Notes under the pieces: generated by a model
The model's input: the letters and a program-made list of their open reading frames with translations, nothing else
Told to the model about the DNA's origin: nothing
The model's database searches: none
Position numbers and translations under genes: made by a program
IMG/VR virus record: IMGVR_UViG_3300031994_000005
DNA from: a virus
Length of the DNA: 64,000 nt
Direction: 5' to 3' (one strand)
In this document: positions 1 to 7,581 of the stretch, one piece after another
Layout: the number at the start of each line of letters is the position of its first letter
Numbering within the stretch: the first letter of the stretch is position 1

Positions 1-120
1 CAATCTCTACATTACAAAATGAGGACTTTTCCACTCAATATCAAACACGAACCGCAAAAAGGCGGTGATGAATGTGTACCCATTGGTGGTCTTCAGCCTC
101 TTCATCTCAAGCGCGATAAT

Positions 121-160
121 TATCTGCAATAATATAAAAAAACATCCGAGAAATCCAAAC
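121..160 (-). repeat. Promoter-like repeat R1 (TTTGG-N20-TATTATTGCAGATA on minus strand)
   Basis: One of five copies of tatctgcaataatata...ccaaa with identical spacing. Confidence 0.85.
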
Positions 161-179
161 TTTTAGATAAAAAAATGAT

Positions 180-213
180 AAAAAAAAATGCCCACCCTTT
201 TGAGGTGAGCATT
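180..213 (-). terminator. Intrinsic terminator of gene 237..773
   Basis: Hairpin aatgctcacc/ggtgggcatt followed by a U-run on the minus strand. Confidence 0.6.
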
Positions 214-236
214 GTATTGGAATGTCTGTCTATTTT

Positions 237-773
237 CTAAAAATTATATTGAATGTGTGTTGCCGAAATCTTTAGCGATGTTCCTGCACTGAATTTATAA
301 TTTATTGCACATATCTCTGATACAAATGCCGCCACACCAAACACAGCACCCACACTAAAACAAGCCTTGCGACCTCCATCACCCATATCAGTTTTCCAAG
401 CAGGTATTGAAGCAATAAATCCACCAACGGCTCCAAACCCAATAGCGGCATATTGACAATTAGCCGACTTTTCAAGATACTTACCCGCCATATAAATCTC
501 GTTGGGTTGTTTATATTCACCAAACTTAATCACTTGTTTAATTGAATCGGTTTCGTAACTTGACATACACTTGTAACATCGGTAATGCCGATGGAAAGGT
601 GACTTTTTTAAATCTTTTATTGCAACTACTTCTCTCTTTCCGTGTTTTATAATTTTCGGACAATCTCTCGTTGTGTGGTATGTTGCACTGAACAGATAGA
701 GTGAGTCCACTTGTGCGTTAGCGCTGAGGGTTGCCACAAACATTGCGAACAAACAATAAATAAGTCTTCTCAT
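237..773 (-). CDS. Hypothetical secreted/membrane protein
   Basis: Signal-peptide-like N-terminus (…ANA-Q), YH...C...CxxC segment, two Gly-rich hydrophobic helices; own promoter and terminator. Confidence 0.75.
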   Translation of the reverse strand: MRRLIYCLFAMFVATLSANAQVDSLYLFSATYHTTRDCPKIIKHGKREVVAIKDLKKSPFHRHYRCYKCMSSYETDSIKQVIKFGEYKQPNEIYMAGKYLEKSANCQYAAIGFGAVGGFIASIPAWKTDMGDGGRKACFSVGAVFGVAAFVSEICAINYKFSAGTSLKISATHIQYNF

Positions 774-820
774 AATAGTAAAAATTTTAATTAGTTAATA
801 AAAATGTTTTTTGTTTGACA

Positions 821-856
821 CTGCAAAGGTACGACAATTTTTTGAATATTCCAAAT
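821..856 (-). promoter_or_regulatory. Bacteroidota primary-sigma consensus promoter
   Basis: Minus strand TTTGgaatattcaaaaaattgtcgTAccTTTGcag, matching TTTG-N19-21-TAnnTTTG, upstream of 773. Confidence 0.85.
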
Positions 857-984
857 TTTTCATCAACTTTTTTTCAAAAAAAAATTATATGTGAACTGAT
901 GTAATCTCTCCATTCCCAATGCGAACTATATGTGAACTGATATAAAAAAATCTTCACGGAACCAAGAACTTTTTTGATGAAACC

Positions 985-1024
985 CTTGCATATGTCACAG
1001 AAAATGTTATATTACTGCACATAG
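985..1024 (+). repeat. Promoter-like repeat L1 (CTTG-N21-TATTACTGCACATAG)
   Basis: Near-identical to 1704-1743 and similar to 2748-2787; imperfect inverted copy of the R repeats. Confidence 0.85.
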
Positions 1025-1111
1025 GGAAACGCGCTGTCGACGAAGAGCAGCGTCGTCACCGAGCAGTAGTCATACGCATCACGAGATGCCATCCTTCACC
1101 GTCATCACCAA

Positions 1112-1152
1112 CTATCTGCAATAATATAATAAAATTCTCGAAACCTCCAAAC
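1112..1152 (-). repeat. Promoter-like repeat R2
   Basis: ctatctgcaataatata...ccaaac, 41 nt. Confidence 0.85.
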
Positions 1153-1227
1153 AAATCATCAAAAAAATGATAAAAAAAAAATCGCACCCCTTTTCGAGTG
1201 CGACTCTTTCTCAGTAATGATGAACAA

Positions 1228-1575
1228 CTACTTTCCAATCCGTCTAACTATTTGAAGATATTGCTCTTTGTCATAGTATCTTACCCAACTAAAATCATCG
1301 TGGCAATAATACCATTCTTCAAGAGTGTCGGTGTTGTCAAAATTCTCCATCACATAATCGTGTGTCAAATGACTCGTACCCTCGCCATCTTCCGATGCCT
1401 TTTCGTATGCCAATTCCCAAATGAAATCGTAATAGCCATCGAAAAATGCAGCCACATCGTGAATGTCAATGCCGAACGAATTGTTGTAATCAGCATAGAA
1501 AAGACTATTAAGTACAATCTCACTACGCAACTTCGCTAAGTCCTTTCTCTTGAAATCTTCTAATCTCTTGAACAT
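1228..1575 (-). CDS. Hypothetical protein
   Basis: 115-aa acidic/aromatic ORF between a promoter at 1616-1650 and a hairpin terminator at about 1172-1205. Confidence 0.75.
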   Translation of the reverse strand: MFKRLEDFKRKDLAKLRSEIVLNSLFYADYNNSFGIDIHDVAAFFDGYYDFIWELAYEKASEDGEGTSHLTHDYVMENFDNTDTLEEWYYCHDDFSWVRYYDKEQYLQIVRRIGK

Positions 1576-1615
1576 ATCAGTATCTCTTTTTTAATCAGTT
1601 TGTTTTTGTTTTCCA

Positions 1616-1650
1616 CTACAAAGGTACAACTTTTTTTTGAATTATACAAG
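1616..1650 (-). promoter_or_regulatory. Bacteroidota-type promoter
   Basis: Minus strand cTTG...TAccTTTGtag upstream of 1575. Confidence 0.75.
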
Positions 1651-1703
1651 GGGAAAATCCCTATTTCTTCAAAAAAAAATATTTCAAAAAAATCAGAGAA
1701 ACT

Positions 1704-1743
1704 CTTGCGTATGTCACAGAAAATGTTATATTAGTGCACATAG
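1704..1743 (+). repeat. Promoter-like repeat L2
   Basis: cttgcgtatgtcacagaaaatgttatattagtgcacatag. Confidence 0.85.
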
Positions 1744-1820
1744 TTTCACCCGTGAAGGACCTGTTTCCTTTAGCAGCAAATCTCGATAATCCTGATGCCG
1801 CTGACGACGTACAGTAAACA

Positions 1821-1861
1821 CTATCTGCAATAATATATAAAAAATTCTGTAACTTCCAAAC
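1821..1861 (-). repeat. Promoter-like repeat R3
   Basis: ctatctgcaataatata...ccaaac. Confidence 0.85.
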
Positions 1862-1898
1862 AAATCAGCAACTTTTTTTGAGAGATAAATATAAAAAA

Positions 1899-1962
1899 AG
1901 AACCCCCACATATCAGTCGTGGAGGCTCTCAGAACCCCAACATATCAGTCGTGGAGGCTCTC
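1899..1962 (-). terminator. Tandemly duplicated 32-bp terminator hairpin
   Basis: agaacccc(c/a)acatatcagtcgtggaggctctc x2; minus-strand stem agagcctccac/gtgggggttct followed by a U-run. Confidence 0.7.
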
Positions 1963-2288
1963 GTTTTTTAAATATAATAAATAATGAATAAAAATAATTT
2001 TCTTTACTTGTGCATTGGAGTAATCTTTTGGGGTTTCAAAACTAACTTATAAAATATCTCAATTATCAAATACACTATAAATATTTTAGGGGCTTGCTCT
2101 TGCCATAGTCGTGGACTTGTTTGCGGCTCATTCTAAAACCAATATCGGGAAAACCCAAGAGCCTTACGCAGCGTTACTACACTATCCGTTCGTTTTTTAT
2201 TATTATCACATTAAAATCTAAAATATCACTTTCATTCAAGTATTAAGGTCGGTCTCTTGTTCTCATTACTCTACTCTAAATTAAAAGG

Positions 2289-2504
2289 TTAATCTTCTCC
2301 GACAAAGGTCTTCATCATAATTCGTGAGAGCGCAATGTCAATGTCGGAACTATTCCATTTCTCAATGTCAGCCGTTTCGGTGATGTCTTCAATGACCTTA
2401 TCGGTCAAGGCATCTGCAATCGCACCTGCATCTGCACTTTCCATAAAGACAAGAAACCTGCGATAGATGTACTCGTTGATGTAATCTCTTGCTGATAGTC
2501 TCAT
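2289..2504 (-). CDS. Hypothetical protein
   Basis: 71-aa ORF directly downstream of the consensus promoter at 2529-2565. Confidence 0.7.
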   Translation of the reverse strand: MRLSARDYINEYIYRRFLVFMESADAGAIADALTDKVIEDITETADIEKWNSSDIDIALSRIMMKTFVGED

Positions 2505-2528
2505 AACTCTTTCCTTTCTTGTTTTCTA

Positions 2529-2565
2529 CTGCAAAGATACAACAATTTTTCCACATACGCAAATA
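2529..2565 (-). promoter_or_regulatory. Bacteroidota primary-sigma consensus promoter
   Basis: Minus strand TTTGcgtatgtggaaaaattgttgTAtcTTTGcag. Confidence 0.85.
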
Positions 2566-2657
2566 TTCTAAGTTAAAAAGTGTTAACAACCAAAACTTTT
2601 TTGAACCACCCAAGATACCATAGTCAGTCTTCTCTTCCGCTGACTCAAGCCCGATAA

Positions 2658-2698
2658 CTATCTGCAATAATATATAAAAACATCCGAGAAATCCAAAT
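2658..2698 (-). repeat. Promoter-like repeat R4
   Basis: Nearly identical to R1, including the spacer catccgagaaatccaaa. Confidence 0.85.
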
Positions 2699-2747
2699 CT
2701 TCTCCTAACTTTTTTTGCATCGGATATGAAAAAAATATCACGGAACT

Positions 2748-2787
2748 CTTGCATATATCTCAAGATTTATTATATTAGTGCACATAG
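2748..2787 (+). repeat. Promoter-like repeat L3
   Basis: cttgcata...tatattagtgcacatag with the same spacing as L1/L2; followed by ggaaacgc like L1. Confidence 0.8.
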
Positions 2788-2844
2788 GGAAACGCCGTCG
2801 TCATCCTGTATTTTTCTGATATTTACAGTATCCTTCTGCTGTAT

Positions 2845-2885
2845 CTATCTGCAATAATATATAAAAATCACCGAATAATCCAAAC
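2845..2885 (-). repeat. Promoter-like repeat R5
   Basis: ctatctgcaataatata...ccaaac. Confidence 0.85.
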
Positions 2886-2919
2886 CTTTCGGTAACTTTT
2901 TTTTTAAGAAAAAATCACT

Positions 2920-3255
2920 TGGGGAGGGAGGTCAACATACCCCCTACACCCTCCCCCCATATACCCTACCTACGTACCCCCTACCCGACACCCCCCTACG
3001 TAAGCCCCCTCCTACGTGACACCTACCCCACACCCCTTGAAATACGGGGGCACAGTTGCTCATGAGAATTTTTTCCCGGAAAATTGGGGTTTTCAAGGGA
3101 GGGTACCCTGTTCTCCCCCGAACGGGCGCTCATGAGAAATTTTTCCCGGATTTTTGACCTTTTGAAAATGACCCCCTTTCTTACTTGGGTTTTCCATGAG
3201 GGGTACCCCCTTTTCTCCTGAAATCGGTTTTCAAAAAAATTTTTTCCCGGAAATT
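2920..3255. other. Non-coding GC-skewed, repeat-rich locus (candidate origin, packaging site or genome-end signal)
   Basis: Ten C-runs and seven CCTAC units (2940-3036); 23-bp direct repeats at 3058 and 3128; GGGTACCC palindromes 100 bp apart. Confidence 0.5.
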
Positions 3256-3331
3256 TTTGGGTTATTTCAAAATGGGCTTTTTCTTTATCATTTCTGTATT
3301 TATATTAAAATAATATACATTATAATATAAT

Positions 3332-3742
3332 ATGATGAATATCAGGTTAACCGAAGGCATATTAAGGGATATCATCCGTGAAAGTCTCAGGGGCATATAT
3401 GGTGATGGGATTAATGGTGGTTTTTCCACCACCGGTGGTATTTATGGCAATCAGTGGGAGCAGGAGATAAAGATATTTCTTGATGGTCTAAGGGATGGCC
3501 GTGCATTGGTTGACAATGGTATTGTTGCTGTTGAATGGGGTCATAATGAGAGTGACCCTCGTTTCATATATTACAGGGAGGGTGATAACAGGTTGACTGA
3601 TGATCACTTTTCTCAGCAGCACAGTAGGAGGTTGTCTTGGGATGAGATAAGTGAGATACATTATCTTTGCAAGCGGATATATGGAGTAAAGATAGACATT
3701 CCCGAAGACGAATATTGGGATGAAATAGAAAATGAGTATTAA
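3332..3742 (+). CDS. Hypothetical protein with N-terminal leader motif
   Basis: IRLTEGILRDIIRESL; TATTTAT at 3297. Confidence 0.85.
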   Translation: MMNIRLTEGILRDIIRESLRGIYGDGINGGFSTTGGIYGNQWEQEIKIFLDGLRDGRALVDNGIVAVEWGHNESDPRFIYYREGDNRLTDDHFSQQHSRRLSWDEISEIHYLCKRIYGVKIDIPEDEYWDEIENEY

Positions 3743-3769
3743 TAAAAAAAAAAGAAATAGTATTTGGTT

Positions 3770-3964
3770 ATGGATGGAAATGCTAATGTAAATGTATTTT
3801 CGGGTATTGAATTGGTTAATGGTACTGACCCGAATTTTTCTTTAGACAACTTAACAGACAAGAACAAGGCTTATTTTATAAGGACCAGTTCTGATGGTGA
3901 GTGTGGTTACATATTTTTTAATAACAAGTGCTATGGTAAGAGCATAAATTGTGGGGAGTATTAA
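3770..3964 (+). CDS. Small hypothetical protein
   Basis: Fills the gap within the operon; A-rich upstream region; ATG at 3770. Confidence 0.5.
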   Translation: MDGNANVNVFSGIELVNGTDPNFSLDNLTDKNKAYFIRTSSDGECGYIFFNNKCYGKSINCGEY

Positions 3965-3968
3965 GATT

Positions 3969-4676
3969 ATGACAGTATTATGGTTAGATGATATGCGTGA
4001 TCCGTACAAGTATTTTAATAAAAAGAGTGATTCGGGCGCATTTGTGAGAAACAAGGGTTTTTATGATGATTTATTCTCAAAGTATGACATTGATTTTATT
4101 TGGGTAAAGAATTTTGAAGAATTTACCGATTACATTTTAAAGAATGGCATACCCGAGTTTGTTTCATTCGACCACGACCTCGGCAAGGGTTTGAGAAAGG
4201 GTTTAGATTGTGCACAATGGTTACAGGAATATTGTCGCAAATCAGGACAGCCGTTCCCTAAGTATTTTGTACACTCAGCAAACCCAAATGGTCGACGTGA
4301 AATAGAGGCTTTATTAAGCGCGGCAATTAACGAGAGTAAGAAGAGAGTGATAACGTTAAATGAAGATACACTTCGTAATATAGTGAAAAAAGTGGTAAAC
4401 GAGATGTACCAACAAACAGTTCAATCAAACATCCAAATTGATTATGATGTGGAGGATTACAAGGAACTGTGTAAAAGTTTATATCCGTTAAAGAGTTATA
4501 TAAAAGAAGTGAAAAAACTTGGCGGTTTTAGTAATAAAGATGACTATAAATATTTTTATGACGAAATAATTGATAATTTTGTTTCTTCAAACAATTTAAT
4601 TGATTATTTAGATACCGACTCTTTACGACGTGATGTGTTAGATACATTTGAATATGATATATATAGCGATGATTAA
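3969..4676 (+). CDS. Cyclic-phosphate-processing receiver-like domain protein with internal leader motif
   Basis: LWLDDMRDP...VSFDHDLG...G.DCA.WL...VHSANPNG motifs; then ITLNEDTLRNIVKKVVNE. Confidence 0.75.
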   Translation: MTVLWLDDMRDPYKYFNKKSDSGAFVRNKGFYDDLFSKYDIDFIWVKNFEEFTDYILKNGIPEFVSFDHDLGKGLRKGLDCAQWLQEYCRKSGQPFPKYFVHSANPNGRREIEALLSAAINESKKRVITLNEDTLRNIVKKVVNEMYQQTVQSNIQIDYDVEDYKELCKSLYPLKSYIKEVKKLGGFSNKDDYKYFYDEIIDNFVSSNNLIDYLDTDSLRRDVLDTFEYDIYSDD

Positions 4677-4679
4677 AAC

Positions 4680-5663
4680 ATGAAAACGATAAAATTAAAT
4701 GAAGATACACTTCGCAGGATAATTCGTGAGAGTCTATCCGAGATAGATTTTGGAAACATATCCAAGATAGACAATGGTCATGTCACTCCATACACTCCTG
4801 AAGAGAGGAGACGGAATTTTCTTGGTTTGAAGTATGGGCGCAACAATGCGTATGAGGGGTACAAGAAGTGGTATGAACATATGAAGGATGTTCTGCCTAA
4901 GGAAGAGTTGAATTGGGACAATTATGTTGCGAACTATCAGGAGAAGTTCTCCAATCTTTTAGAGAGTGTTGTTAGAAAGGCCGTGAATGAGAGTCTTTCC
5001 GAGATTGATTTAACGAATTTAAATGAGTCAAAGAGCATAAAGTCAGACAAGTTACAGAAGATATTTTCTGAACATGGCGGATTATGGAAAGACAACCTTT
5101 CTCGTGGTCGTCATATGCGTAACTATGCTGCAACTGATTTTCATAATATGAGTGATGCGGATGTTCTTGGTGTTATTAACAAGGAACAATTGGATAACAT
5201 TCAAAGAGGTCATACTATTGACCATTGGCGTTGGGCCGATAACAAAGGTCTTGACATTTGGGCAAAGGAAAACGGTGTGAATCTTGAACGTGGTGACAGA
5301 GTTGAATATGAGAAACTCGGAGATGGTATGTATCTTGTTTATGTTGAAAGGAATGCTGAGTTTGAACACAGTGGCAGAGAGGGTGGCTTCAAGGACTTTT
5401 ATAACAAGAAAGAAGAACGTAGGGTAAATGGTCGTCACGATGGTTTCGAGCCAATGTCGGATAAGGCAAAAGCGGCAAGGGATTTAAGGCATAACCCGTA
5501 TTTTTGGGGTCATAAGAATGGCGAAATGCGTGACCCACAATCAGGGTGGAATAATCCTGAGAGGAGAAAGGAAGCATTTGACAATGCAAAAGTTGGGAAG
5601 GATGTATGGGGTTATCCTGCATTAACACACTATAAAAATACATTGAAAGAAGAAAAACAATAA
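4680..5663 (+). CDS. Hypothetical protein with leader motif (two copies)
   Basis: MKTIKLNEDTLRRIIRESLSE and internal LLESVVRKAVNESLSE. Confidence 0.85.
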   Translation: MKTIKLNEDTLRRIIRESLSEIDFGNISKIDNGHVTPYTPEERRRNFLGLKYGRNNAYEGYKKWYEHMKDVLPKEELNWDNYVANYQEKFSNLLESVVRKAVNESLSEIDLTNLNESKSIKSDKLQKIFSEHGGLWKDNLSRGRHMRNYAATDFHNMSDADVLGVINKEQLDNIQRGHTIDHWRWADNKGLDIWAKENGVNLERGDRVEYEKLGDGMYLVYVERNAEFEHSGREGGFKDFYNKKEERRVNGRHDGFEPMSDKAKAARDLRHNPYFWGHKNGEMRDPQSGWNNPERRKEAFDNAKVGKDVWGYPALTHYKNTLKEEKQ

Positions 5664-5689
5664 AAACAAGAAAACAATAATAAATAAAA

Positions 5690-5727
5690 AAAAATGGGCG
5701 GTTATTTTTATTTAGCCGCTCATTTTT
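5690..5727. terminator. Bidirectional terminator
   Basis: A-run, hairpin atgggcgg/ccgctcat, T-run between convergent genes. Confidence 0.7.
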
Positions 5728-5738
5728 ATTATTATTAT

Positions 5739-6968
5739 CTAATTGTGTTGTTTGTCTTCATTAATGACATTCTTGATTGATTCTTTTACAATGTCATCGA
5801 TGGATTCTGATACGTATCTCATTTGTCCGAGTCCGCTTTTTCTTGATGCGAGGTCGTCTCTCAATTTATTGAACGGGCTTTTTCTCCTGTATGTGTATGA
5901 CTTTGAATCATTGTTATTATCCATTGTTTCCTCATCGCGCTCAGGAATATCATAATTTGGTTGTGGTCTGAATGCTGCGTTGCTGTATGCTGACATTGTG
6001 GACCTTCCCCTCGCGATAACATTCTTTAGGATATATGCCATTCTCTTTGCTGCCGGGATGAAGTTTTCTGTTGCCTCTCCTGTTGCTCTTCCGTTGAGGT
6101 ATCCTGTTTCCTTTGCCTTCTCTGTTCCGGCAATTGCGTTTTCGATATTTTTTATTGCATTAGATAGGAGTCTTGTTCTCTCCTTGTCCGCTTCATATTG
6201 GTTGACGTATTCGTCTTTCATTTCCTTATCCACGGTATAACCGTCGTCTTCCGCGTCATTACCTTTGAAAAATGCGGAAGCCTTTCCTCTCAATCTGTCG
6301 AAGAAGTTTTCGTTTTCTGTTTCCATAAGGGTTTGTTTCACGTTTTCCCTTATAAGTGACAGTAATTGTTCTTCATTAATATGCATTTTCTTTTTCATAT
6401 TATTTTCCTTTTTTTCTTTTTTGTTTGATTTTATTATTTCAACGTATTGGTAGAATGGTTTTCTTTGTCTGTATCCGTCATAGAGCCATTTCCTGAACGT
6501 CTCTTGTGAGACGGGTGTTATTTTCCACAGTCCTTTCCATCCTTCCTCATAGCAGTCATTGTATCCTTGTCTCGCCTTCTCTTCCGAGTCGAAGCAGAAC
6601 ATTACTTTTGATTCATCGAACTTTCCGTGTACTTTTTGATCAACGACATATATCTTCTTTGATTCGAGGTCATCTCCGATGAATACATCTATAGGTTCTC
6701 CATCCTTTCCCTTTGTCTTCTTTATGAAGTAACCATAGTCATGAGCCATTGTGACGGTCCATTCGTGTCCGTTTTTATCCTTTCCTCTCCTTATTGAGCC
6801 TTTCGGGTTTTCTATGGATATCTTATAGCCGTTTATTGTGACGTGTCCCTTCTTGTAGTTTCCTGCCATTTTCTGTTTTTCCGTCGGGTTTGTATTGACG
6901 GAATTCCTGGCGTTGTAAAGGTCCTCGTCTATTGACTCATTTACTGTATGTTTCTCGAATATAGTCAT
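5739..6968 (-). CDS. Inorganic-pyrophosphatase-like (InPase, polyvalent-protein type) domain fused to a leader-bearing domain
   Basis: AGNYKKGH...ISIENPKGS.R.G...M..DYGY...DG..IDVFIG...VVDQ...FDE.KVM motifs; start placed at ATG 6968 after TATTTAT. Confidence 0.75.
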   Translation of the reverse strand: MTIFEKHTVNESIDEDLYNARNSVNTNPTEKQKMAGNYKKGHVTINGYKISIENPKGSIRRGKDKNGHEWTVTMAHDYGYFIKKTKGKDGEPIDVFIGDDLESKKIYVVDQKVHGKFDESKVMFCFDSEEKARQGYNDCYEEGWKGLWKITPVSQETFRKWLYDGYRQRKPFYQYVEIIKSNKKEKKENNMKKKMHINEEQLLSLIRENVKQTLMETENENFFDRLRGKASAFFKGNDAEDDGYTVDKEMKDEYVNQYEADKERTRLLSNAIKNIENAIAGTEKAKETGYLNGRATGEATENFIPAAKRMAYILKNVIARGRSTMSAYSNAAFRPQPNYDIPERDEETMDNNNDSKSYTYRRKSPFNKLRDDLASRKSGLGQMRYVSESIDDIVKESIKNVINEDKQHN

Positions 6969-7027
6969 ATACAAATAAATAGTTTTTATCTTATAAAAGT
7001 AATTATTATAAAAGGTTATAATTGACA

Positions 7028-7531
7028 ATGGGAAAAAAAATTATTTTAACCGAATCTCAGTTCAAGGAATATGTCAAGTCTCAGTTGAATGAGAGTATGG
7101 GTGAAGGTGAGGATATTGTAGATATATGTAGTGATTATGCTGACAGGCTGAGGGTCATTTCGGACCAAGTAAGGGAACTTGGCAATCAATACAGTCGTTT
7201 TTACAAGATAGCGAGAGAGGAATTAGAAAATATGAGCATTGCAGTCAAGGATGTTCGTGATTGCAAGATATATGGTGATTTTGGTGTTATGATGTATGTT
7301 GATACGTCTATGATTCAATTACCGGAAGATTATCAAGAGAGTGATAGGGACTTATACATTCAAAATGAGGTAGAGGACAGGATGAATGGTATTTTATCAT
7401 CTCCGATGGGATTAGGTGCATTTTTTAAGAGAGTAACTGTTTATTTCAAAAACGGTGTTGTTGAAATTGTGCCAGAGCCAAAAGATTGGCTTTCATTGGA
7501 GAGGGTGTATGATTTCTTATCAAGCAATTAA
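7028..7531 (+). CDS. Hypothetical protein with leader motif
   Basis: MGKKIILTESQFKEYVKSQLNES. Confidence 0.8.
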   Translation: MGKKIILTESQFKEYVKSQLNESMGEGEDIVDICSDYADRLRVISDQVRELGNQYSRFYKIAREELENMSIAVKDVRDCKIYGDFGVMMYVDTSMIQLPEDYQESDRDLYIQNEVEDRMNGILSSPMGLGAFFKRVTVYFKNGVVEIVPEPKDWLSLERVYDFLSSN

Positions 7532-7581
7532 TTTTCACAACAGCAGAAAATAGCACAAAAAGGCGCCTAAGATTTTGTTTC

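Noticed and set aside
1056..2763. ORFs 1056..1238, 1726..1911 and 2398..2763 sharing ILLQIV
   Set aside because: The shared peptide is just the translation of the R repeat; the frames cross homopolymer runs, promoters and terminators
121..2885. CRISPR array interpretation of the L/R repeats or the 886-941 pair
   Set aside because: Repeats are inverted, irregularly spaced and separated by genes; the pair has only two 15-bp copies; no cas genes in the window
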